DNA from: Callorhinchus milii
Lineage: Eukaryota
DNA length: 64,000 nucleotides
Assembly (NCBI RefSeq): GCF_018977255.1
Contig: NW_024704743.1
Span: forward strand, 112,966,001-113,030,000
Direction: 5' to 3'
A model generated the notes under the pieces. It worked only from the letters and a program-made list of their open reading frames with translations, ran no database searches and was not told the origin of the DNA. Below are positions 38,383 to 49,472 of this stretch, piece by piece; the stretch's first letter is position 1; every line of letters begins with the position of its first letter. Made by a program: the position numbers and the translations under genes.

Positions 38383-39130
38383 CGCCACCTTGCTAAGCCA
38401 GTCCAGAACCTTGGGGTCTTGTTTGACCCTCAACTATCCTTTCTACCCCACATCTGCACCATGACCTGCTCTGCTTTTCCCCCACCTCCACAATGTCGCC
38501 CGGCTCCACTACTGTCTCACACTGCAGGCCGCCGAAACCCTCATACACGCTTTCATTACATCGAGGCTCGACTATGCAAACTGACTGCTTGTCGGCCTCC
38601 CCAACTCCTCCCTCCACAGGCTGCAGATCATCCAGAACTCTGCAGCATGTGACCTCTCCTGCACCAGGCTCTGTGACACTATCATCCTCATCCTCACCTG
38701 ACTCCACTGGCTTCCCATCACACAGAGGATACAGTTCAAGATCCTGGTCATCACCTTCAAAGCCCTCCATGGTCTTGCTCCCCCCCCTACCTCTCCAACC
38801 TCCTAACCCCCTACCACCCTGTTCGCTCCCTCCGCTCAGCGGGCTCCAGCCTGCTTCACTTCCCCCGCCTTTGCCCCACTATTGGCAGGCGGGCCTTCCG
38901 CCACTCTTCATCCACCCTCTGGAACTCCATCCCGCAGTCCCTCCATCTCGCCCCCTCCCTTGCCATCTTCAAGACCCACCTCAAGACCCTCCTCTTCGAC
39001 CGTGCTTTCAATCTCCCTGCTTCCCCCGCCCTCCCCCACCCCGCCCCCCAGCTCAGGTCCGTAACACTGTCCCAACGCCTTGGGATGTCCTCCCGACGCA
39101 AAGGCGCTATACAAATGTCATTTTGTTGTA
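38383..39130 (+). mobile_element. L2 LINE 3' portion in RPL7 intron 6
   Basis: KPVQNLGVLFDPQLSFLPHI...RLDYAN...LHWLPITQRIQFKIL, followed by a 3'UTR stem-loop and TTG tail. Confidence 0.85.
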
Positions 39131-39874
39131 TGTTTTTGTGTCAACTTTAAAAAATATATAGTGTGGAAGAGAAGTGTTGGATTAGAAAGTGATAGTTTCT
39201 AAAGATTGGAATTCATCACAGGGTGAAATTTCCTGCATGTACACAGCGCCCCACTGTGTGCAACTTTATAATTGCTTGAATCTCAGAGATGAGTCTCCAA
39301 ATCCTTATCCACTTAATTCTGGCAATACGAGAGGTGTAATGCAGTTAAGATAATAGCTCAATAAGAATTGCTGCTGCTGTTTATATAAAAAAAACATTTT
39401 CTAGTCTTGTGGCTTTTTCTTATCTATTTTGTGGTACAAAAAGGTACATACAAAAGAAGCTATAAAGCCAAGCTTAGCAGTGGCTAATTCTTTGAAACCA
39501 AAGTATTCTGTTTTATACAGATGTTTTCATAATGTTATATGAAAGAGAAAAGGGCTCATATGTAATAATGTATAGGTAAATGCGGTTGGATATTGACAGC
39601 ATAATGACTTAAGTCATAGTGACAAGTTAAACCAGGGTTCAGTTATAAGGTTATATGTCTTAATTCACCACTCTGGATTTTCATATTCAATAATAACTAA
39701 CAGTTTACTAGTTGCAGTTTGTCTGGCTGAACAAAAGTTCACCATAACTGCTTAATTTTTAACAATATTCAGAAAAATGTATTTGACAAAGTAAATTAGA
39801 ATACAAACTGCTATTATTAAAAATATTGCTGAAAAACTTTACATTCAGAAATGTTCTTTTGTTTTCTCTTCCAG

Positions 39875-39934
39875 GTGTGCCACAGATGAACTTCTTACTG
39901 TGTTCTGTTAAATAAAGTTGTTTACAGAAAATTG
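39875..39934 (+). other. RPL7: RPL7 non-coding exon 7 (3'UTR) with polyadenylation signal
   Basis: Strong acceptor ttcttttgttttctcttccag|GTGTGCC; AATAAA at 39911-39916; GT/T-rich sequence downstream. The 3' end is estimated. Confidence 0.85.
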
Positions 39935-40751
39935 TTTTATTCTGGTCTTCATTTGTTTCCAAAGTTTTTTTTAATATTTATTTTGAACCTGAAGTACAAA
40001 ATCTATAGTCAGCCTTGTGAACTTAAAAAACTTGTTGAAGTGTACTTCATATGGAAAGATGTATAGTATGCTAATTTTTAAAAATCACAAAGATTTCTTC
40101 ATTAATTCTAAATTCATCAATATTCTGAATGTAGTATGCTTTAAGCTGCTCAGAGCGTGGAGGGCGCTTTATAAATGAAAGTTGTTAAACCAGGTTATTT
40201 GTAAACTCTGATAACCTCACACATCCTCACATTGAATTCCATCTGCCACAGTTTTGCCCACTCACTCATTCTGTCTTAAGTCCCTTTGTAGCTTCCTGTT
40301 CCCATCTACACAACTTACTGTGCCTCCTAACTTTGTGTCATCTGTAGATTTTGCTACAACACAAATCCTTCATGGTGAAAAGCATATATTATACATATGC
40401 TTTTCACCACATATGAAAAGCTGAGGCCTCAGTACAGACACCTGGGGAACATCACTTGTCACGTCTCTAATCAGAATGTTCCTTTTATCCCTACTCTCAG
40501 TTTCCTGCCTCCGGTACTTGAAAAGAAAAATAATTGCCAGGATATGGGGAAAGAGTGGGGGAGTGGAACTGATTGGGTAGCTCTTCCAAAGAGCCGTCGC
40601 AGCACGATGGGCCAAATGCCCTCCCTCTGCTTTAATATTCTATGATCTGAAACCACCATATTAAACGTGGGTGTTTCGCCCACAAAATATGCAATCAATT
40701 CACTTTACAGTAAAATTCTGTGAAGTGCTTTGAGACATCTCGAAGATGTGA

Positions 40752-41112
40752 CAATAATCCTTGCATTTGATATAGCATTTTATTACGTCATTGAGAAGCC
40801 TCAACGCGCTTCATAGAATATATAATGAAGCGGAGTGACTATATTTTGTGGGTGAAATGCGACAGCCAATTATGCAAAACAAGTGTCCCACAAACAGTCG
40901 TGCATTGAGTGACCACATTAATTTAGTTTTTTTTGGAGGGATTATTACCCCTGGAAAGCGATCTGCCAATCAACTTAACAACTGGATTCCTACTTACTAC
41001 TAGGTAAGCAAAGGTGTGTGGAGTAAGGAAACTTGCCTAAGGCTTCGCCCTGCTGGGAATTGAACCCGCATCCTCTCACTTGCGAGGCGAGTGATTTAAC
41101 AGCTGAGCTACA
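40752..41112 (-). mobile_element. Diverged SINE family A copy
   Basis: Recognisable tail, Deu-like segment and tRNA head (ggaattgaacccg...ctgagctaca). Confidence 0.75.
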
Positions 41113-41194
41113 ACTTAACAGAGTAACAGATCACAACAACAACCACAACTTGTATTTATAAAGTACTTTTCTACATGGAATAGTGGAACATATA

Positions 41195-41465
41195 GGGTAG
41201 AGTCAGGGAGTGATCAGGAGAAACTGTTTCCACTGGCGGGTGGGTCGGTAACTAGGGGGGTACAGATTCAAGATAATTGGCAAAAGAACCAAAGGGTGGA
41301 CGAGAATTTTTTTTACCCATAGAGTTGTTGCGGTCTGGAATGTACTGCCTGAAAGAGTGGTGGAAACAGATTCAATAGTAGGTTTCAAAAGGGAATTGGA
41401 TAGGTACTTGAAAAGGAAACATTTTGCAGGCCTATGGGGTAAGAGCAGGGGAGTGGCACTAGTTG
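41195..41465 (+). mobile_element. CR1 3' fragment feeding into the minisatellite
   Basis: gagaaactgtttccactgg...ttttttacccatagagttgttgcggtctggaatgtactgcctgaaagagtggtggaaacagattcaatag; matches the reverse complement of 12640-12900. Confidence 0.8.
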
Positions 41466-42470
41466 GGGTAAGAGCAGGGGAGTGGGGCTGGTTGGGGTAA
41501 GAGCGGGGGAGTGGGAGTGGTTGGGGTAAGAGCGGGGGAGTGGTTGGGGTCAGAGTGGGGGAGTGGGGCTGGTTGGGATCAGAGTGGGGCTGGTTGGGAT
41601 CAGAGCGGGGGAGTGGGGCTGGTTGGGGTCAGAGCGGGGGAGTGGGGCTGGTTGGGGTCAGAGCGGGGGGTGGTTGGGGTCAGAGTGGGGGAGTGGGGCT
41701 GGTTGGGATCAGAGCGGGAGTGGTTGGGGTCAGAGAGTGGGAGTGGGGCTGGTTGGGATCAGAGTGGGGCTGGTTGGGGTCAGAGCGGGGGAGTGGGCTG
41801 GTGGGGGTCAGAGCGGGGGTGCGGTTGGGGTCAGAGCGGGGGAGTGGGAGTGGTGGGGGTCAGAGCGGGGGTGCGGTTGGGGTCAGAGCGGGGGAGTGGG
41901 AGTGGTGGGGGTCAGAGCGGGGGGAGCGGGAGCGGTGGGGGTCAGAGCGGGGAGCGGGAGCGGTGGGGGTCAGAGCGGGGGGAGCGGGAGCGGTGGGGGT
42001 CAGAGCGGGGGGAGCGGGAGTGGTGGGGGTCAGAGCGGGGGGGAGCGGGAGCGGTGGGGGTCAGAGCGGGGGAGTGGGAGTGGTGGGGGTCAGAACGGGG
42101 GGGAGTGGGAGTGGTGGGGGTCAGAACGGGGGAGCGGGAGCGGTGGGGGTCAGAGCGGGGGGAGCGGGAGCGGTGGGGGTCAGAGCGGTGGGAGCGGTGG
42201 GTCAGAACGGGGGAGCGGGAGCGGTCAGAGCGGGGGGCGGTGGGGGTCAGAGCGGGGGGAGCGGGAGTGGTGGGGGTCAGAGCGGGGGGAGTGGGAGTGG
42301 TGGGGGTCAGAACGGGGGAGCGGGAGCGGTGGGGGTCAGAGCGGGGGGAGCGGGAGTGGTGGGGGTCAGAGCGGTGGGGGGGGAGCGGGAGTGGTGGGGG
42401 TCAGAGCGGGGGGGGGGAGCGGGAGTGGTGGGGGTCAGAGCGGGGGGAGTGTCGGGGGGGGGGGAGTGGT
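41436..42470 (+). repeat. G-rich minisatellite, ~20-31-nt units (GGGGTCAGAGCGGGGGAGTGGGGCTGGTT and variants)
   Basis: About 1 kb of tandem units seen directly. Explains the three spurious Gly/Trp-rich track ORFs. Confidence 0.95.
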
Positions 42471-42479
42471 CGGTTGCTC

Positions 42480-43720
42480 TTCACAGAGTCGGCACAGGGC
42501 CTCCTCCTGGGCCGTAAGATTCCGCGTGTTAATCGGGGACCTGTTCAAACGCAAAAGGATTATCACTGTCATTAAATATCCGCGTGAAACACTGTGCAGA
42601 TATAATACGGGATTATTCAGTCGACACTAACGTCAGCACAACACCCCGCCCGGTGCGCACAGAGGGCGGCAGTGACGGCTGTGCGCGGTGGAGTCCGGGC
42701 TCAGCGCTCCCTGTTAGAGCCGTTGCTAAGAGACGAGCGTGAGGCGCTGAGCGGCCGTTATTACAGGTGCCGCCGCGGAGCATGATGGTCAACGGCGAGA
42801 GGCTCGCGCCCCGCCCGGCCCCGCCCTCCCGCCCGCGCCGCCCGGCGACAATGGACGTCCGTGTGTGAGGGAGTGAGAGCGAGCGAGTGTGAGGGAGACA
42901 GACAGACACCGGCCCAGAGAGGACCCCCCCCCCCCACCCCTCCCCCCTCCCCCGTCCCTCTCCCTCTCTCTCTTGTTTTGGGGTTATACACATCACTAAA
43001 TGAGGCCGTTAGATGTGGTGGTTCCGCACCGATCATCACGATGATGATGATGATGATGACGACGGCGACCACCACCACCCCCCGGGCCACCAGCCCCCCG
43101 AAGGCGCCGCTGCCTCTCAGCGCCCGGGAGCCGCCGACCTTTGCCGCCTTGTGCTCCAGATCGGGGGCCGAGCCGCGTCGGTACCCTCGCAGCCTGGCCC
43201 AGGCCCGAGCTCAGGCTCAAGCTCAAATTCGGACCTTAAACCTGAAGCTGGACTTCAGTCTCCGGCCAGACTCCGGAGCGGATCAGTGCGGGAGAGAGCC
43301 GGCGGAGCGCACACACCGGAGGAGGTGCACAGACTGGAACAGCACTCGCCGAGGTAGGGCTCAAAATGGACCCTCCGAAACGGGACTCCCGGTGGCTGGT
43401 GCTGCCAGTGCGGAGCTGTTGCTTTTTTTTGGGGGGGGCGGGGGGACGGGACGAAAACGCTGCGGGAGGAGTTCACTCCTATCGCACTCACCTCGGCGGC
43501 ATTATCGTCATTGTTATTATTGATGTTACCGGAGTTGGCCCACGAAATCCACGGTCTTCACCGCACTTCACGGGATGTTGTCCTGTGAAGCGCTTTGAGA
43601 CCCCCCCCCCCCCCCCCCCCCCGGCGACGTGATGAGGAGCTATATCAAGTGCATGGATTATTATTATATACCGCCGTTCCTTCCTTATACCCTCTTCTTC
43701 TGCCCCCCCCCCCCCCCCGC
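42480..43720. promoter_or_regulatory. Second CpG island; probable promoter and first exon of the C8orf89-like gene
   Basis: CpG-rich, with GC boxes (CCCCGCCC at ~42808-42830), an RFX X-box-like GTTGCTAAGAGAC at 42722-42734 and a donor GAG|gtaggg at 43353/43354. Confidence 0.75.
43041..43353 (+). CDS. C8orf89-like gene, putative coding exon 1 (could be 5'UTR or dual-frame)
   Basis: (ATG)6 run starts MMMMMMTTATTTTPRATSPPKAPLPL...DWNSTRR and stays open to a phase-1 donor compatible with the exon at 54662. No recognisable homology in this part. Confidence 0.45.
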
Positions 43721-43767
43721 GACACACACACACACGTTTATTTTACCCTATTCCGTTGAAGACTATT

Positions 43768-44430
43768 AGAATACTTTAGAATATACAGCACAGAAACAAA
43801 CCATTCGGCCCAACTGGACTGTGCCGGTGTTTATGCTCCACGTGAGCCTCCTCCTGCCCTTCCTCAACTGAGCCTTCAAGTACAACCTTCTATTCCTTTC
43901 TCCCTCATGTACCTATCGAGCTTTCCCTGAAATACATCTATGCTATTTGTCTCAACAACTCCTTGCGGTAGCATTGTCCCACATTCCCACTACTCTCTGT
44001 GTGAAGACATTTCTTCTAACTTCCCTATTTGGTTCTATTTGTGACTATTTTATATTGATGGCCCCTGGTTTTGGTCTTCCCCACAAGTGGAAACATCTTC
44101 CCCAGGTCTACCCTGTCAAAACCTTTCATCATTTTAAAGACTTCTGTCAGGTCACCTCTTACCCTCTTTTCAAGAGAAAAGAGTCCAAGTATGTTCAGTC
44201 TTTCCTGATAGGTATAACCTTTCAGTTCTGGGATCATCTTTGTGAATCTCCTTTGCACCCTCTCCAGTGCCTCTACTTCCCTTCTATAATATGGGGACCA
44301 GAGCTGCACATAATATTCTAAGTGTGGTCTAACCAAGGTTCTGTAGAAGTTTACCATAACTTCCTTGCTTTTCATTTCTATTTCTCCAGAAATTAACCCT
44401 AATGCTTGGTTTGCCTTTTTTTATGGCCTT
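43768..44430 (-). mobile_element. CR1 LINE 3' fragment
   Basis: YRTLVRPHLEYYVQLWSPYYRREVEALERVQRRFTKMIP. Confidence 0.9.
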
Positions 44431-45439
44431 ATTAACCTGCGTTACTATTACTTTTACGAGTGTGCAGTTTCATCAGTATGCATACTGATGAAACTTAACC
44501 AGTGAGGTCAAAAAGTGCTTAAACTCACTCCCTTGTAGATGTTGGGATTGGGGTAAAGTTTTTTCAGGACGGCATGACAGATGTCAGGCTCATTTTATTT
44601 CCCCAGGCACTTTTACCATCCCTGCGTTACTTACGCTGCTGTTTTCCCGTTAAGTGTTTTTTTCTACCTTCGTGAGCATGGATTATTTCACTCGTTGGAG
44701 ACATTACAGCGGAATTGTGCTGTGTGAGATGTGACCCGCACTCACAGGAATCTTCCAGTTGGAGCCACTGGATGTTGATTTTCGCTGGAATCACTCAGCT
44801 GACTGATTCCTACCCTTCCTAACAGGGACAGTGGAGCCAGTTCCTGTGCTCCTACTGCAGTTATGGCTAAGATTAGCTAAATAACAGAAGTTGTATCAAT
44901 TTTGAAAGTATCTTGCCATGTGATAGCTTAGAAGTATCAAATTGCATTTTGTTTAGTCACAGAACACTTGCTTTGATTTGCAAAACTCAATAGGGTAATA
45001 TCTACTTTTCTAACATTTATGTTTACTGTTGAAACAATTGAATACTAAGGATATATTAAACCATCAAAATGATACAATTTCTCAATCCATTTTATACATC
45101 TATTTTTAAGGAAAAAAGAACATGCATTTTTGTTTACCTTTTCATCCAGAATGTGTTAAGAGTGCTTCACAGATCATTGTTGTTTTTGTAGGCAAATGTG
45201 TTAGATATTTGCATGAGCAAAGCCCCATAAAGAGCAATAAGGAGAATAACAAATTAATCTGAAGGATACTAGATAAAACACTAAGAGAAACTTGCTTTTC
45301 TTTTCAAATAATACCAAGGTTCTTTAAGCCCAACCTAAAATACAGGGAGGTTGTTGGTTTAATGTCTTGTCCTGAAAGATGACACCAACCCCAGTGTTGC
45401 ACTGGAGTATCAGCCTTAACCATGAACTCAAGCCTGATC

Positions 45440-47190
45440 ATCATAGGATCATAGAATTTTACTGCACAGGGGAGACCATTCGGCCCATCGTGTCTGTGCC
45501 GGCTCTTTCAAAAGAGCTATGCAAATCAATCCCATTCCCCTGCTCTCTCCTCCACAAATAATTATCTACTTTTCTTAAAAGTTGTTATCTGCAAAGCCCT
45601 CCATGGCCTCGCCCCACCCTACCTCTGCGACCTCCTACCAACCCGCCCGCTCCCTCCGCTCAGCCTGCTCCACATCCCCCGACCCACCCGCCCCACCATT
45701 GGCGGGAGAGCCTTCAGCCACTCTGCCCCCAAACTCTGGAATTCCATCCCCCAATTACTCCGCCTCGCCCCCTCCTTCGCCTCCTTCAAGTCCTGCCTCA
45801 AGACCCTCCTCTTCGACCATGTCATTGATCACCCACCTTCCCCTCCCCTCCCTTCTACCTCCCTGACCCCAGCTCGGGTCTGAAATGCTGCACACTGTCC
45901 AGCGCCTTGGGACGTCCTCCCGACATGAAAGGTGCTACACAAATGTAATCTTGTTGTTGTTGTTATCGAATCGGCTTCCACCACCCTTTCAGGCAATGCA
46001 TTCCAGATCTGAACAATTGGCTGTGTGAAAACATTTCTCCTCACCCTCCCCTCTGTTTCTTTTAACAACTATTTTAAATGGATGCTCTTGGGTTACCGAC
46101 CCACCTGTCAGCGGAAATAGTTTCTCCTTGTTCACCCTATCGAATCCCCTCATAACTTTGAAAACTTCTATTTAGATTCCTCTAATCCTTGCTTCTCTAG
46201 CCTCTCCTCATAACTGAAGTCCCTCATTCCTTGTAACATCCTGGTAAATCTCACTTGCACCCTCTCCAATGCCTTGACATCAGTCCTAAGTGTGAAGCCC
46301 AGAACTGAACACAATATTCTAGCTGAGACCTAACCAGTGTTTTTTGTAAATGTTCATCATAACTTCCTGACCTGCATTCTGTGCCCCTATTTATAAAGCC
46401 TAGCATCCTGTATGCTTTTTAACAGCTTTATCTACCTGTCCTGCCACCTTCAAATATTTACCTGTATGAACCCCCCCCCCCCCCCCAGGTCTCTCTGTTC
46501 CTTCACCCCCTTTAAGATTGTACCATCTAGTTTATATTGCCTCACCTCATTCTTCCTCCCAAAATATATCACTTCGCATTTCTCCACATTAACTTAATCT
46601 GCCACATGTCTGCCCATTTTACCAGTCTTTATGTCCCCTTGCAGTCTGCTACTATCCACCTCACTGTTTACTACTTTTCCTAGCTTAGTATCATCTGCAA
46701 ACTTGGAAATTGTACTCCCTATCCCCAAGTCCAGGTCATTTATATAGATCAAGAACAGCAGTGGTCCCAATACCAACCCCTGGGGGGGAGCACCATTACA
46801 CATTTCCCTCCAGTCAGAAAAACAGCCGTTCACCACCACTCTACTTTCTGTCTCCCAGCCAGTTTTGTATCCATGCTGCCACTGTCCCTTTAATACCGTG
46901 GGCTTGTATTTTGCTTACAAGTCTCTTATGTGTCATTTTATCAAACGCCTTTTCAAAATCCATATAAACTACATCAACTGCACTACCTTCATCCACCCTC
47001 TCCGTTACTTCATTGAAAAACTCTTAGCAGGTTTGTATCTTCTCCTTGAAAGTTTCCCGTTGCTCGTTAGCTGTTTTACCTGCCAATCTTTCCTTCCGGT
47101 TCACCTTGGCTATGTCCCTTTTTAACTCACAGAAATTAGCCCTCTTCCAGTTGAGTATCTTCACCTTTGATGTGGGCTTTAACCATTCAC
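45440..47190 (-). mobile_element. CR1 LINE, degenerate, interrupted by L2
   Basis: PQGLVLGPLLFLIYINDLD..KFADDTKL; colinear with 12552-13755. Confidence 0.88.
45590..45958 (+). mobile_element. L2 3' fragment inserted into a CR1, with GTTGTTATC target-site duplication
   Basis: GTTGTTATC at 45581-45589 and 45959-45967. Confidence 0.85.
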
Positions 47191-48743
47191 ATTCTGTTCC
47201 AAAAATGAAAGTATAGCTAACTGAGCAAAACTGACACACATGAACAAATATGTGGATACATATTAACAAATCTTTGTTTGTGAGAGTTTAGGACATAGAC
47301 ATATTCAGGACTCAATATTTATCTTCTCTAGAAATATTTAGGACTTTTGGAAGAGGTTTTATCAAGTATATTATTTGGCTTCAATGTACTAATTAGAATC
47401 TTGAAACATTCAATAAGATACCTCTGCATTTTTCCTCAGTGTAAACATATGTTCCAGTTTTTGTAGCCTCTTTTTTTTCTTGAATGCTTAATTCTCGGTA
47501 TGAATTGAGTTTCATTCTGTTGTGTCCACTCTTGTTGCTGGATGTCTCTACAGCAGTATGTTGATGAGAAATGGTGGGATTTTATTTACTATGTATACTG
47601 CTGCTGTACTGATTGATGGTTTCAGCAAATTCTCCACCAATAATATATTTCCATTGCCTATTCTCCTTCTCCAGTCCTTTCATTAATCCATATAACTATA
47701 TACCTATGACTTGTCAGTTCAAGCTCTCTATCAATTTAAATTATTTTGTATTTGGTCTGCTTGCTCCGTTTTGTTTGCATTGTCACTTCGATTGTTTTTC
47801 TATTTGTTATTGACAGACAACTTTGTTTTTGTTCCCATTTCCAAACAATTTATAATGAGGGAATGCAAAGAATTGTGTTTATCTTTTGCGCGTCATCAAG
47901 CCTAATATGGGAATTGTACAAAAATAGAGATACATCTTGCTATATGTTAATTACTGTTAGGGAAGAATAACTGATATATTGCTTGCTAATCTGGTCAATA
48001 TTTAATAGTTGATACTTGGCACTGTAGATACACGTTTTCAGACCTGGTAGAACAGCTACAGCCACTCCCTTAAATCCCAAACCCGGGCGCTCAAGAACAG
48101 ATGGAGTAAAACCGGCATCATAGTTCACCACCAGATGTGTATCGAGCATCTTTGAACCTACAGCCTCTCCCCCTTCTACGCTCAACCATTATTAACATAA
48201 TGTGTGCTCAGCACGTGTAGAAATCTCATTTAATAATAATAATTAATAATAATCCTTATATTTGGTATGGTGCCTTCCATGTTGGGAGGATAGCCTAAAG
48301 AACTTCACAGGGTATACTGTAAAATGAAGTGACTGTGTGTTTTGTGGGTGAATGCGGCAGCCAATTTGCACATAGCAAACAGCCATGAAGTGAATGAACA
48401 ATTTTATTTGGAGATTGTTGGGCAGGACACTGGGCGAAACTCCCTTTTCTTTTCGAATAGTGCCATGGGATCTTTAATATCCACCTGAACATATCAAAGC
48501 AAGGATTATTATCATTATAAATAACATTCACTTAGTTTCTAATTAATTTTACTTTTTTGCAAATGTTTTAAGTGAATGATTTGATGTGAATATGCAATAT
48601 TGATTCAAATTGTTGTTATCCTAATCAGCATGCAATTGTTTTACTAAAGTTTTCCTTCTCACTTTTTGATGCTTTCCAAAATTTGTGCTGTACATTTTGG
48701 GGCTCATGTAAAATAACTGACCCTCTGTAAGTACGCATGGCAA

Positions 48744-49472
48744 GCTGACTCAGTGGTAGCTCTCTCACCTTTGAGTCAGAAGGTTATGGGTTCAATCTCA
48801 ATGTTGGGACTTTGAAACACATAGTCTAAACTATGGAGTCCTGTAGCTCAGTGGTTAGAGAACTCGCCTCTCAAGCGAGAGACCTGGGTTCGATTCCCGG
48901 CAGGGTGAAACCTTGGGTAAGTTTCCTCAATCCACATGCCTAATAGTGATCTCTCAAGAAAAAACAACCCAATAATAAATTGGTTACTTCAATCCACGAC
49001 AATTTGTGGGACACTGCTGGGCCCAATTTGACTGCTGCATTTCGCCCACAAAACGTGCAGTCAATTCACTTTACAGTATATTCTGTGAAGCGCTTTGAGA
49101 CTTCTGGAAGACATGAAAAGCACTATATCAAATGCAAGGATTATTATTATTATTAAACTGACACTCCAATTCATTACTGGGGTGCACATCGGATGAAGGT
49201 GCATCCTTTGGATGAGGCATTAAACCATCTGCCTGTTTAGGTGGACATTAAAGATCCCATGACATTATTCGAAAAAGAAGGGAGTTTCCCCTGTCTCCTG
49301 GCCAACAAATCCCCCAAATAAAATTGGTCACAAACATGGCTATTTGTGGGACATTGTTATGCGCAACTGGCTGCCACAAAATATACAGTCAAACCACTTC
49401 ACAGCTTATACATGAAGCACTTTGAGATGTCTCGACAATGTGATAGGCACTATATCAAATGCAAGGATGATT
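48744..49472 (+). mobile_element. SINE family B (DeuSINE/SacSINE1-like), interrupted
   Basis: ctcagtggtagctctctcacctttgagtcagaagg head, tcctttggatgag..taaacc core and tttgtgggacattg Deu-like segment. Colinear with 19015-19465. Confidence 0.8.
48833..49153 (+). mobile_element. SINE family A nested in a family B SINE, with TAAACT target-site duplication
   Basis: TAAACT at 48827-48832 and 49154-49159; the host sequence resumes colinearly after the insertion. Confidence 0.88.

Noticed and set aside
41511..42630. Three overlapping 325-355-aa Gly/Trp/Val-rich ORFs
   Set aside because: They are translations of the stop-poor G-rich minisatellite; all three frames are open and there is no gene structure.
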